64,000 nt of DNA from the human T2T-CHM13v2.0 reference genome, Homo sapiens, in NCBI RefSeq assembly GCF_009914755.1, contig NC_060933.1; one strand, written 5' to 3'. Within the stretch, counting starts at the first letter, position 1, and every line of letters begins with the position of its first letter. Below are positions 12,526 to 25,679 of this stretch, piece after piece. Both the position numbers and the translations under genes were made by a program. The notes under the pieces were generated by a model. It had not been told where the DNA came from, made no database searches, and was given only the letters and a program-made list of their open reading frames with translations.

Positions 12526-13816
12526 AAAACGAAAAAATTCAAATAAAAAACCTAATGATGGATCTTTAAGAACTAGAAAAGCAATAGCCAACCAAACCCA
12601 AAATTAGAAGAAAAGAAATAATAAGGATCAGAGCAGAAATAAATCAATTTGAAATGAAAACAATACAAAAGATTAACAAAATGAAAAGTTGATTTTTTTG
12701 AAGAGATAAACAAACTTGACAAACATTTAGTCAGGCTAACTAAGAAAAAAGAGGGAAAACCCAAATTAAAAAAATCGGAGATGAAAAAGGAAACATTACA
12801 ACTGATACTACAGAAATTCAAAGGATCATTAGTGGCTACAATGAACAATTATATGCCAGTAAATTGGAAAACCTAGAAGAAATGGATAAATCCCTATATA
12901 CACACAACCTACCAAGATTGAACCATGAAGAAATCCAAAGCCTAAACAGACCAATAACATGCAATGAGATCAAAGTCATAATAAAAAGTTTCCCAGTAAA
13001 GAAAAGCCTGCGACCCAATGTCTTCACTGCCGAATTCTACCAAACATTTAAATAAAAAGTAATACCAATCCTACCCAAACTGTTCCAAAAAATAGGGAAG
13101 GAGGGAATACTTCCAAGTTCAGCATATGCTAATCAATGCAATATCCTCTCACCCCAGTTAAAATAGCTTGTATCCAAAAGTCAGGCAATAACAAATGAAA
13201 TTTTAATATTGACAAGTGAAATTTTAATATTAAAAAAGGTAAGATAGTGAATTACCAAATTTGAAAATCGGGTATGGAATGTTTAGAAGTGCTGTTTAGA
13301 ACAAAGAACCAAACTCCTCTAATAATTAGGTTGTTTGTTCACATAGTGGTAACTCTCAATATTTTTCTCAATATTATATCTATTTGGAAAGGAAAAAAAT
13401 GTTCCTATCCAGCAATCAAAAAAATTCTGGCTGTGCTTTCATTTAAAAATGACACCTACCTAGCAGATTCTGACATAGCTTCCCGTAAGTTAGATGCTAA
13501 AATATCTATGTAGAAAAAGCGGACTATTTAAAGCAAAATAAAATATTAAGATAGAAAAATTATTGCCAGAGTTTGTAAGAAAATTTAACAAACATCATTG
13601 CCAAAGGAATTTGAGAGAATTCTAAGTAAGCTTGAGCTCAGAAAACATAGCCTACCTTGATAAAAATAAATTTAAAAATAGATACTTTTTATATCTCTAC
13701 ATTGTCTAACCCCTGATTTAAAGACAAATGGGATAAATAAAAAACTAAGCAGCCATTCATCTACTTAGTAGATGTTGCTTTAATGGTTAGTATTTTTATC
13801 ATTAAAAATTTCCCCA

Positions 13817-13972
13817 TCTCTTTTGGGTGATGAGAAAAGTCCTGGAATTAGTGGTAATTGTTGTACAATATTGTGAATGTACTTAATGCCGCTGAATTGT
13901 ATATACACTGGAAAATGGTTAAAATGGCAAGTTTTATGTTATGAGTATTTTGCCACAATAAAAAATAAATAA
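13817..13972 (+). mobile_element. L1MB 3' end
   Basis: ttttgggtgatga..gtgaatgtacttaatgcc.ctgaattgta..aaaatggttaaaatgg..ttttatgttatg..ccacaataaaaa. Confidence 0.8.
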
Positions 13973-13979
13973 TTTCACC

Positions 13980-15065
<1,086 letters not shown>

Positions 15066-15740
15066 AGATGAAATAATGAAAAAGGTGGGATACTTGATTT
15101 AAAGGGAGCAAGAGAACTATCCCCAAAATCTCCAGTCAGACTTGTCTATTAGTACAAATGAGCAGCCCTTACGTATTCCCAGAAATATTTGAAAGGGAAT
15201 GGGTTTGGTGGGGATGAGTAACTGGAGATCCTGCTCCAACAGAGAACATGCCCTAATGAAATTTAAGTAGTTACTATTAAAATGACCCAGCCGATACCCA
15301 CAGGCTCCTGAGGCATGAGAAATTAAAGTTACATTAGGTTTTGGCATACTATCAAATTAACAGGGAAGTTTAAATTATATAATAAATTAGACTAATACTA
15401 TTACAAAAATATTTGAAGAAAGGTTCTATCATCCTTATATGTTATGCCAAAAAGCACCAGATGAATTAAATATAAGAAATAAAATCAAAGAAGCACAGAA
15501 AACTAGTGAATATTTATTTGACTTTGTAATAAAATTTTGAAGCATAACAATAAAGAAAAAACTATTCTAAAAAATGATATTTTTATTTTATAAAAATACA
15601 CAAATTTTAATAAGTTGGTCAATCCTAACATAAAAGGTAAATGACAACTTGAAAAAAATTACATAAAATATTCTCAATATATAAGAAGCTCTTCCAGGCA
15701 AGCCCATTCATAGTAAAATAAAATGCTCAAAAAATGATGA

Positions 15741-16076
<336 letters not shown>

Positions 16077-16381
16077 TCTGTTTTTCTTTAAAACTGACAC
16101 CAAATTTCTCTAATATTAAAGCCTAGCATTGGAACTGGTATGGGAAATAGAAAACTCATGCTCTACTGAGGAAATCATACAACAGTATAATTTTTATGAA
16201 GAACAACTTGGTATCAGGAATAATAAATCTTCAAAATATTCTTACCCTTTGAGCCAAAATATCCCTTAATATATATTTAGATTTTCTTTGTTCTGTAATT
16301 AAGCCACTACAATAACAACTAATCCTTTCTAGAATTTTTTTTGAAGACATAAACACAGAGGTACATAAATATTTGTGTGCA

Positions 16382-16676
16382 GGCCGTGCACGGTGGCTCA
16401 TGCCTATAATCCTAGCACTTGGGGAGGCCAAGTAGACCACTTGAGCCTAGGAGTTCAAGACCAGCCTGAGCAACATGGTGAAACCCTGTCTCTACAAAAA
16501 ATACAAAAATTAGACAGGCATGGTGGTGCATTCCTGTAGTCCCAACTACTTGGGAGGCTGAGGTGGGAGGATCACCTGAGCCCAGGGAGGTATGGGCTGC
16601 AGTGAGCTGTGGTTGTGCCACTGCACTCCAGCCTGGGTGACAGAGCAAGACTCTGTCTCAAAAAAAAAAAAAAAAG
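16382..16676 (+). mobile_element. AluJ (Jb-like)
   Basis: cttgagcc.aggagttc, gggaggatcacctgagccc, gctgcagtgagc; polyA tail. Confidence 0.93.
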
Positions 16677-16877
16677 ATTTGTTCAAAAAGTTGCTCCTGA
16701 TATGGTTAGAAAAGTTGGAAACAATTTCAATAAATAAGGGATAGCTATGAGATGAAAAACCATACAACTAATAAAACTGTTCCAAAAATATTTAAAGACA
16801 TGAAATTCTTTCATGATACAATACTAAAGAGGAAAAAAGTTCAAAATTATTTTTATAGTCTAAACTCAATTTCTCCT

Positions 16878-17035
16878 ATAAACATATATATGTACTTAAA
16901 GATATATCGCTCAGTTATATATACACTTAAAATATTTAGAAAGTATTTCATATATAGATATACATGTTTACACACATGTAAATATATATATCTGTTATGT
17001 GTATGTGTGTGTAACATGGGTGTATGTGAAAGTGG
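16878..17035. repeat. Degenerate (TA)/(TG) low-complexity tract
   Basis: Alternating purine-pyrimidine runs. Confidence 0.7.
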
Positions 17036-18321
17036 GTGACTAGGGTGCTTACTAACAGTGTTGAGTTCAACAATGTTTTCCTTCTTTATAAATTTTCTTT
17101 TAGTTATGTATTTTCTAATGAAATATTTTATAATCCAAAGTAAATAAAGATTAATATTGCTTTTAAAGAATTTTTTTATTTCATTCACTCAGCTCCTCCA
17201 TCTATGTACACTCATTTCATCACCGTCAATTTTGCGAACATTTTCTATTATGTGCCAGGCACTGTCAGTACTAGCATCCATGGGAAACACAGCCTGGCAA
17301 TTATACAATATTGAATAAGATGCTGACCCTGTCTCTAGGGTATCTTATCAGAGTATGACAATGGAAGTCGTACTCTAGTGGCAAGGACAGACCTATACAA
17401 AAGAAGTGGGGTGTCTTGTACTCAGGGCTCTAATAGAAGCATAAAATAAGACCAGGCAGCTATTATATAACCCAAGTTCTTTTTTGCCTCAGTGTAAGGT
17501 CTGATTCAAATACATAGCTTCAAAGACAAAGCTGTGTAGTATAAGTTTCCTCACAAAAGGAAAGTAAGTGTAGAAAGAATGCAAAAAACTCGTTAGTATT
17601 TCACATGAACAATGTCATTCACTGTACAAACAGACAGAAATATTAAGTTAATTTTTCTTGCTATGTGGTCCTGGTTTTCTCTCAAGTCATCTCCACCTTC
17701 TTAGTGCAAAGGGTTGTAATAGTTCAAGATTTCCCCATTAAACATGAGATGTAGTCACCAGCTGTGCTTGTCTTTCTCAGCCTCTTTGCCCTGTTACACA
17801 CCAGCTAGCACCAGGTCCCAATCCAAACCAACCTCGGACATTTTGCTCCACAAGTTATGTGGGCAGAGTTAATGGAGCTATCACTTACTCTTGCCTGCAA
17901 ACAGGGAATGATGGATGGCTATCTGCTAAATGTATTAAACTTCAATCCAAAAGAGTTGCTCCTTAGCATGCATAAGAAAAACAAAAGTTAGGTTTCTCCA
18001 TTTCTTCAACCGCCTCTTGCATTCTAGGAAGAAATGCTTTGTCCTCTCTTCCCTTCTCATAATGTTCACCAACATAGCTAACATATTCCTTGGTGTCAAC
18101 CCACATACACAGTTTATTTAGCACACTGCTTCCTTTCATTCATTCCACAAACATTTACTGAGAACTCATTACATGGCAAAGCTCTGTGCTAGAAGCTGGA
18201 GATATAAAATGAATAAAACATAGTTCTGGTACTTGGGAGCCTGTGATGTATTCGAAGAGATGGACATTAAAACAAAACATTGAAGTAAAGTAGTATAGAT
18301 GTTCTAATAAATTATACTGAG

Positions 18322-18448
18322 TAATAATTACAAAGCCCTTTTATTGAGAACTTGCTATGTAGGTACTATGATAAATACTTATACGTATAGGTACTATGGT
18401 AAATGTGCATTAAAAGTAGCCAATCTTTACAATATTCCTATGAGATAG
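18322..18448 (-). mobile_element. MIR fragment
   Basis: tttattgagaacttgctatgt..aatctttacaa..cctatgagatag. Confidence 0.55.
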
Positions 18449-18929
18449 TGGGAACATAAACCAACATACCTTCCTCACGTTTGGTTAAACAGTTCTGGGA
18501 AAATATTTTCATTTTTATATGCTAAAAAATACTAAGACCAAGCAAAAGGAAGTAAGTGCTTTTATTCCATAAATACTTGCTCCTGGAAGATATGACTGTG
18601 AACCCACTGAAAGAGCTTTCTTTTCAAGACTAAACTTGTTCTCCAAGACTCGCTTTCAGACCTTTGTCCTGCTAGGTTCACCAATCAGAATTTATTTTAT
18701 CATAAATACTGCCCAATCCCAACCAATTCCCTGCCTTGAAAGACCCACCTTGAAAATCACCCACCTCAGGCTCTAAAACACCATAAATATCCTCCCTTTA
18801 CTTCCCCGTTTTGAGACACTACTAAGACTCAGTGAAGTTGGCCTTCTCTCTTACCTCAGTAGGCCTAGTAAACAGCTTTGCTGGACAAGTGTGTATTCCT
18901 TTGATCTTTTGAGAGATTACTGATCAACA
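18449..18929 (+). mobile_element. ERV1 solo LTR (MER31/MER67-like)
   Basis: TG..CA ends; ccaatc, ataaata box, tgagacactactaagactc..ctagtaaacagctttgct U3-R-U5 layout. Confidence 0.65.
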
Positions 18930-19569
18930 ATCCATATTACACTCACCAATTCACATCTGTATCAAGGTTTATATGACTGTAGCTTATGCCTGATACTTCT
19001 CTCCATTCTGCCACCTATAATGGATTAAAAGAAAAAATAGTATTTTATTAGGAAGGGTGTGAAGGAAAGGCACAGTGGAGGTGCTATTTGAGTTTTAAAA
19101 GACATATAAAGTACTCAACTGGTTTTCAAGAAAGAAAAGAGTATTCATGTTCAAAGAAACAGATATATGGATTTATAAAGTAGATTAAGAAAACTTAGTA
19201 TCTCAGAAAATGACTAGAACTAAGAGTACATCATGGAGTGGGGTGCTAGGAGTTTCTGTCTCACATGGAAGAAATAGGAACTTTAAGATTTGATCATTAA
19301 TGAGATGTTGTTAGTAAAAGGAAAAGAAGAGTTTGGGATGACTCCAGGTTACTAGCTTAGCTTAATAGATACAAAGTCACACCCATTTCAAAGATGGAGA
19401 ATTCAAGGAAAAAAAAATCTGTTTTGGAAAAATATAACACGTGTTCAGGCCTTCTAATAAATTGCACAAATACATGGACTGACCAACCCTGCCATTGGCA
19501 GTGGACTAGGGTCCATGAGTCAGGCAAAGGAGCTGAGATGAAGAAGACATGAATAAGTTAGAAAAGCCA

Positions 19570-19753
19570 GCCAGGTGTAGTGGTGCATGCCTAGTGCACA
19601 CCCATAGTTCCAGCTACTTGGTAGGCTATGGCCAAAGGATCACATGAGTCCAGGAATTTGAGGCTGTAGTGCACTATGATTGTTCCTGTAAATAGCCACT
19701 GCTGCAGCCTTGGCAACATAGCAAGACCCCCATCACTAAAAAAAGAGAAGAAA
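19570..19753 (+). mobile_element. FAM (fossil Alu monomer)
   Basis: gcactatgat..cctgtaaatagccactg..ggcaacatagcaagacccc; TSD agaaaagcca. Confidence 0.8.
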
Positions 19754-20066
19754 AGAAAAGCCAAGAAAAAATGTTATCATAGAAATCAGAGCAGGGAAAC
19801 AACCAAAAGGAAGGAGTAAGTGGTGTTAAATATTGCATATGCCAAGAAAGATGAGGCCTGGAAAAGCTTAATAAAATTGGAAATTCAGGACACGGCAAGC
19901 CAAAAGCATGAGATTGAGGTTGAAAAGCAAGGTATTAACTGAAAGAATTAGAAAAGCAAGAGCAAACCAACACCAAACCTAGCAGAAGACAAGAAAAAAT
20001 CAAAATCAGAGCTGAACTGAAGAAAATTGAGACATGAAAAACCATTCAAAAGATCAACAAGATCTT

Positions 20067-21216
20067 GGGAAGATGGTGGATGAGAGGCAGGATTAGGTTG
20101 CAGCTCCTGCTTGGAAGGACAGAGCAGCGTGTGGAGACTCACATCATGAACTTTTGCTCAAAGAACTACCACAGGAACATACCAGGAAAGCCGAGAAGAT
20201 CCACAGACCCTTTGAAGGAACTGGATCACCCCTGCAGGCTCCCCGAGATGCCAAAAAACGGTGAGTCAGCTTGCTTTCTTAATGGGGAGGCTCGTGGTCT
20301 GGGGCAAATTCTCAGCCCTGGAAATGGACTCGGTGCTACTGGGGGTTTGGCAGGGGCATGGTGGGAGCGAGGCCAGCCTTTAGGACTGTGGGCTATGTGG
20401 GAGCAGGGTGAGGCCTGTGACTGCCAGCTTTCCCCCACTTCCCTGGCGGCCTGTATGACTCAGCAGAACATAACTTCATTGGACTGAGAATTATACCCCT
20501 ACCCCCACAGCAGCTGCAGCAAGCCCCACCCAAAGAGAGGCTGAGCTTAGACATGCCTAAACCTGCCACCACTTGATGGTCTTTCTCTACCCACCCTGGT
20601 AGCCAAAGACAAAGGTCATAATTTATTGGGAGGTCTATGGCCCTGTGCACCACCTAAGAAACCTGAATACTTAACCAGTTGTCTCTAGGGCAAGTTTGCA
20701 TCCTCCCTACAGGACCACAGCTAATGTGGTCTTGAAAGTGCCACCTCCTGGCTGGAGGCCAACTAACACAAAACTAGCACACTAAATAAAAACACAACCA
20801 AAGACCCCACAGAATGCACTTCACTCCCCTGCTAACTCCACTGGAGCAGGTGCTGGTATTCACAGCTGCAAGACCTAAAGATCACATCACAGTGCTCTTT
20901 GCAGACACTCACCAGTACCGGCCCAGAGCCCAGTATCTCTGCTGGGTGGCTAGACCCAGAAATGCAAAAACAATCAGAAGAGTTTGGCTCTCAGGAAGCC
21001 TCATTCCTAGAGGAATGGGAAGAAACCACATCAAGAAAACACCCTATGGGACAAAAGAATCTGAACAACAGCCCTTGAATCCCAGATGTTCCCTTGGACA
21101 TAGTCTACCCCAATGAGAAGGAACCAGAAAAACAATTCTGGTAATATGACAAAATAAGGCTCTTTAACATCCTCCAAAAATCATATTATCTCACCAGCAA
21201 TGAATCCAAACCAAGA
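20067..21216 (+). mobile_element. L1PB (L1PBa-type) 5'UTR plus first ORF1 codons
   Basis: gggaagatgg..gaggcagga..gcagctcc..ggacagagcagcgtgtggagactc..gaacttttgctc; ends atgagaaggaaccagaaaaacaattctggtaatatgacaaa..aatccaaaccaaga. Confidence 0.85.
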
Positions 21217-23044
21217 CCCAAAAGGAGCCCAGGACCAGAGAGATTCTTAGCCAAATTCTAGCAGATGTACAAAGAAAATCTGGTACCCTTTCTATGGAAA
21301 CTACCACAAAAAAACTGAGGAAGAGAGATTCCTCCCCAACTCATTCTATGAGGCCAGCATCACCCGGATACCAAAACCTGGCAGAGACACAACACAAAAA
21401 GAAAACTTCATGCTAACATCATTGATGTGCATTAATGCAAAAATTCTCAACAAAATACTTGCAAACCAAATCCAGCAGCACATCAAAAAGCTAATGTGTG
21501 ATAATCAAGTAGGCTTCATCCCCAGAATGCAAGGTTGGTTCAACATATGCAAATCAATAAATGTGATTCATCACATAAACAGAACTAAAAACAAAAACCA
21601 CATGATTATGTCAATAGATGCAGAAAAGACTTTCAATAAAATTCAACATCCCTTTATGTTAAAAACTCTCAGTAAACTTGGCATTGAAGAAACATACCTC
21701 AAAATAATAAAAGCCATCTATAACAAATTCATAGCCAATATCATACTGAATGGGAAAATGTTGGAAGCATCCCCATTGTAAACAGGCACAAGACAAGGAT
21801 GCCCTCTCTCACCACTCCTATTTAACATAGTATTGGAAGTCCTAGCGAGAGCAATCAGGCAAAAGAGAGAAATAAAGGGCATCCCAATAGGAAGGGAGGA
21901 AGTCAAACTACCTCTGTTTGCAGATTACATGATTCTATATCTAGAAAACCCCATAGTCTTGGCCCAAAAGCTCCTTCAGGTGATAAACAACTTCAACAAA
22001 GTTACAGGATACCAAGTCAATGTACAAAAATCACTAGCATTCCTCTACATCAACAATAGCCAAGCTATTGTTATATATTCTGATATAGCTGAGCTAAATC
22101 AGAAATGCAATCCCATTCACATTTGCCACAAAAAGAATAAAATACCTGGGAATACAGCTAACCAGGGAGGTAAAAGATCTCTACAATGTGAATTACAAAC
22201 CAATGCTGAAAGAAATCAGAGATGACACAAGCAAATGGAAAAATATTCTATGCTCATGGATAGGAAGAATCAATATCTTTAAAATGGCCATGCTGCCCAA
22301 AGCTATGTATAGATTCAATGCTATTCCTATTAAACTACCAATAACGTTCTTCACAGAACTAGAAAAAAACTATTTATAAATTAATATGGAACAAAAAAAG
22401 AGCCTGAATACCCAAGGCAATCATAAACAAAAGAACAAAGCTGAAGGCATCACACTACCAACCTTCAAACTATAATGCAGGGATACAGTAACCAAAACAG
22501 TATGGTACTGACAAAAAAAAAAAAAAAAAAAAACAGACACGTAGACCAGTGGAACAGAAGAAGGAACTTAAAAATAAGCTGCACACCTACAATCATCTGA
22601 TCTTTGACAAAGTAGACAAAAACAAGCAATAGAGAAAGGTCTCTCTATTCAATAAATGGTGCTGGGATAACTGGCTAGACATATGCAGAAAATTGAAACT
22701 GGTCCCCTTTCTTACACTGGCTAGGTTGCAGAGAAAACTCAACTCAAGACAGATTAAAGACTAAAATGTAAAACCCAAAACTATAAAAACTCTGGAAGAC
22801 AACCTAGGCAATACCATTCTGGACATAGGAACAAACAAAGATTTTATGACAAAGACACCAAAAGCAATTGCAACAAAAGCAAAAATTGACAGATGAGATC
22901 CAATTAAACTTAATAAACACACAACCTAGAGAATGGGAGAAAATATTTGCTAACTTTGCATCTAACAAAGGTTTAAAATCCAGCATCTATAAGGAACTTG
23001 AACAAATTTACAAGAAAAAACAACCCCATTAAAAAGTGGGCAAA

Positions 23045-23355
23045 GGCCAGGCACAGTGGCTCATGCCTGTAATCCCAGCACTTTGGGGGATCGCTGTAGG
23101 CAGATCACTTGAAGTCAAGAGTTCAAGACCTCCTAGCCAACATGGTGAAACCCCATTTCTACTAAAATTACAAGAAAAAAAAAATTAGCCGGATATGGTA
23201 GCGCACACCTGTGATCCCAGCTACTCAGGAGACTGAAAGAGGAGAATCGCCTGAACCCAGGAGGCAGAGGTTGCAGTGAGCTGAGATCGTGCCACTGACT
23301 CCAACCTGGGTGACAGAGTGAGTGAGATTCCATCTCAAAAAAAAAAAAAAAAAAA
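23045..23355 (+). mobile_element. AluS (Sx/Sz-like), no TSD
   Basis: Full dimer with polyA inside the L1PA. Confidence 0.95.
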
Positions 23356-23557
23356 GAACAGATGCTAATGAGGTTGCAGAGAAAAGGGAATGCTCATACA
23401 CTGTTGGTGGGAATGTAAATTAGTTCAACGATTGTGAAAAGCAGTGTGGCGATTTCTCAAAGAGCTAAAAACAGAACTACCATTTGATGCAGCAATCCCA
23501 TTACTGGGTATATACCCAAAAGAATATAAATCGTTCTACCATAAAGACACATGCAGG

Positions 23558-23773
23558 AAAATAAAGGGATAAGAATGACACATTGGACTTTGGGGACTCA
23601 GGGGGAAAGGGTGGGAAGGAGTTGAGGGATAAAAGACTACAAATATGGTGCAGTGTATACTACTTGGGTGATGAGTGCACCAAAATCTCATAAATCACCA
23701 CTGAAGAACTTACTCATGTAACCAAATACCACCTGTTTCCCAATAACATATGGAAATTTTAAAATTAAAAACG
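23558..23773 (+). mobile_element. 5'-truncated L1PB 3' end
   Basis: Same 3'UTR as 12310-12510; TSD aagacacat(g/a)cagg at 23544-23557 and 23774-23787. Confidence 0.9.
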
Positions 23774-24236
23774 AAGACACATACAGGCAAATGTTCTTTG
23801 CAGCATAATTCACAATAGCAAAGACACGGAATCAATGACAGATTGGATAAAGAAAATGTGGTACATATACACCATGGAATACTATGCAACCATAAAAAAG
23901 AACAAATTCATGTCTTTTATGGGAACATGGATGGAGCTGAAGGCTATTATCCTTAGCAAACTAATGCAGGAAGAGAATCCAAATTCCGAATGTTCTCACT
24001 TGTAAGTGAGAGCTAAATGATGAGAACTCATGGTCACAAAGAGGGGAAAAACTGACACTGGGGCCTTCTTGAGGACAGAGGGTGAAAGGAGACAGATCAA
24101 ATAAAATAACTTTTGGGTACTAAGCTTAGTAAACTGGGTGAAGAAATAATCTGCACAACAAATCCCCATAACATGAGTTTTAACTATGAAACAAACCTGC
24201 ACATGTACCTGTGAATCTAAAATAAAAGTTAAAAAA

Positions 24237-24495
24237 TGGCTCACACCTGTAATCCCAGCACTTCAGGAGGCCGAGGCAGGTGGATCACGAGGTCAGGAGT
24301 TTGAGACCAGCCTGGCCAATATGGTGAAACCCCATCTCTACTAAAAATACAAAATTAGCCAGGCATGGTGGCACATGCCCATAATCTCAGCTACTCGGGA
24401 GGCTAAGGAAGAGAATTGCTTGAACCCGGGAGGATGAGGTTGCAGTGAGCCAGGCTGTGCCAGTGCACTCCAGCCTGGGCAACAGAGCGAGACAG
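24237..24495 (+). mobile_element. AluS (Sg-like), both ends clipped
   Basis: ggatcacgaggtcaggagtt; begins at tggctcacacc; runs into a GA-rich tract. Confidence 0.92.
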
Positions 24496-24705
24496 AAAGA
24501 AAAGGAGAGGAGAGAAGAGGAAAGGGGAGGGAAGGGGAGGGGAGGAAAGGAAGCTAATCCTCTAATCTCTAAGGCCATGGAGATCCTGCAAAAATCTGGG
24601 CCTCACTCAAGGAACTATAGTAGAATATATATGCATATGCAGGGTTCTTGGCTAATTCTCATTCTGTCTCACTCATTGCAATCTTCCTACAATAGAAAAT
24701 TGGAA

Positions 24706-25013
24706 GCCAGGTGTGGTGGCTCAAGCCTGTAATCTCAGCACTTTGCAAGGCCTAGGCAGGCAGATTGCTTGAGCCCAGGAGTTCAAGACCAGCCTAGACA
24801 ACATGGCAAAATTTCATCTCGACTAAAAATACAAAAATTAGCCAGGCATGCTGGTGCACACCTGTAGTCCCAGCTACTCGGGAGGCTGAGGTGGAAGGAT
24901 CACTTGAGCCTGGAAGGTTGAAGTTGTAGTGAGCCGAGATCAGCCACTGCTCTCCAGCCTGGGTGACAGAGTGAGACCCTGTCTCAAAATAAAAAGAATG
25001 AAAAGGAAAAAAA
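24706..25013 (+). mobile_element. AluJ (Jb-like)
   Basis: gattgcttgagcccaggagttc, ggatcacttgagcc; TSD aaaattggaag. Confidence 0.93.
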
Positions 25014-25389
25014 AAAATTGGAAGAAGCATATTGTCAGCTCTCTTTTCCTTGTTTGGTGGGTAAGACCAGATGATTTATAAGGTTTGGTGTAGCTACTTC
25101 TAAAGTCCTAAGAATGTATGGATGTGAGAGTGAATAAATAATACTATACAGGAAAAATCTCCAGAAGTGCTTCTGAAAGAGATAAAGATATGGGAACTCC
25201 TTTGAGAAAGATATTATTTAGGAAAGGCTCTAATCAGAACATTCTTTTCATTCAAAAGCATGTACCTTCTCATTGCTACATTGAAAAAATATATATATCT
25301 TTAGCCTGAAATGCAAGCACCACCCTAATCCGATGGAGGTCTACTTCTACATCCCCACTATGTCCCTTCACCCATCGTGGGATCTAGCC

Positions 25390-25601
25390 TAGAAGTCAGT
25401 AAACAACAGCCAGTGGCCAAATGAGCTTCAAAGAGCTTTAATAAAGTTTTATTGGAACCACAGCCACACCCATTCATTTAGGTATTATCTATGGCTGCTT
25501 TCACACTACAACAGAGTTGAGTATGCAACAAAGACCATCTGGCCTGCAAAGCCACTATATTTGCTACCTGACCCTTTAAAGAAAAAGTTTGCTGACCCAT
25601 G
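25390..25601 (+). mobile_element. MER58A (hAT-Charlie MITE)
   Basis: aataaagttttattggaac..cagccacacccattcattta..tatggctgcttt..gaaaaagtttgctgaccc. Confidence 0.85.
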
Positions 25602-25679
25602 TAATCTTGCCTGTTCCTCTCCAGACATTCCCTTTGTTCCCCATTTCTTTACCTTTGCTTATTCTATTCTCACTTTGTA

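Larger units (their letters stand above)
6668..13197 (+). mobile_element. L1MA (L1M1-type 5' end) element, internally deleted/rearranged, hosting an L1PB1 insertion
   Basis: 5' end gggagcagagcaagatg..ggaacaccaaattt; ORF1 remnant 7045-7700 (IYPRIAYPVKVFFKHEGETKIFQDKQKLRDF); ORF2 endonuclease from ~8275 (ANGNQKRTRVAIFMSDKID..IMIKGSI); ORF2 resumes at 12526; 3' piece 13134-13197. Confidence 0.9.
18138..19930 (-). mobile_element. Fragmented L2 (hosts MIR, LTR and FAM)
   Basis: cattcattccacaaacatttactgag..ctgtgctagaagctggagatata (reverse L2 3' end); later ggatgactccaggtt..gctt. Confidence 0.6.
19937..24236 (+). mobile_element. 5'-truncated L1PA13-15-type element with nested insertions
   Basis: ORF2 RT remnants ([42 protein letters not shown]); 3' end aacctgcacatgtacc..ctaaaataaaagttaaaaaa. 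Confidence 0.92.

Noticed and set aside
18360-18404. Duplicated taggtactatg(a/g)taaat
   Set aside because: Ordinary short tandem duplication inside a MIR
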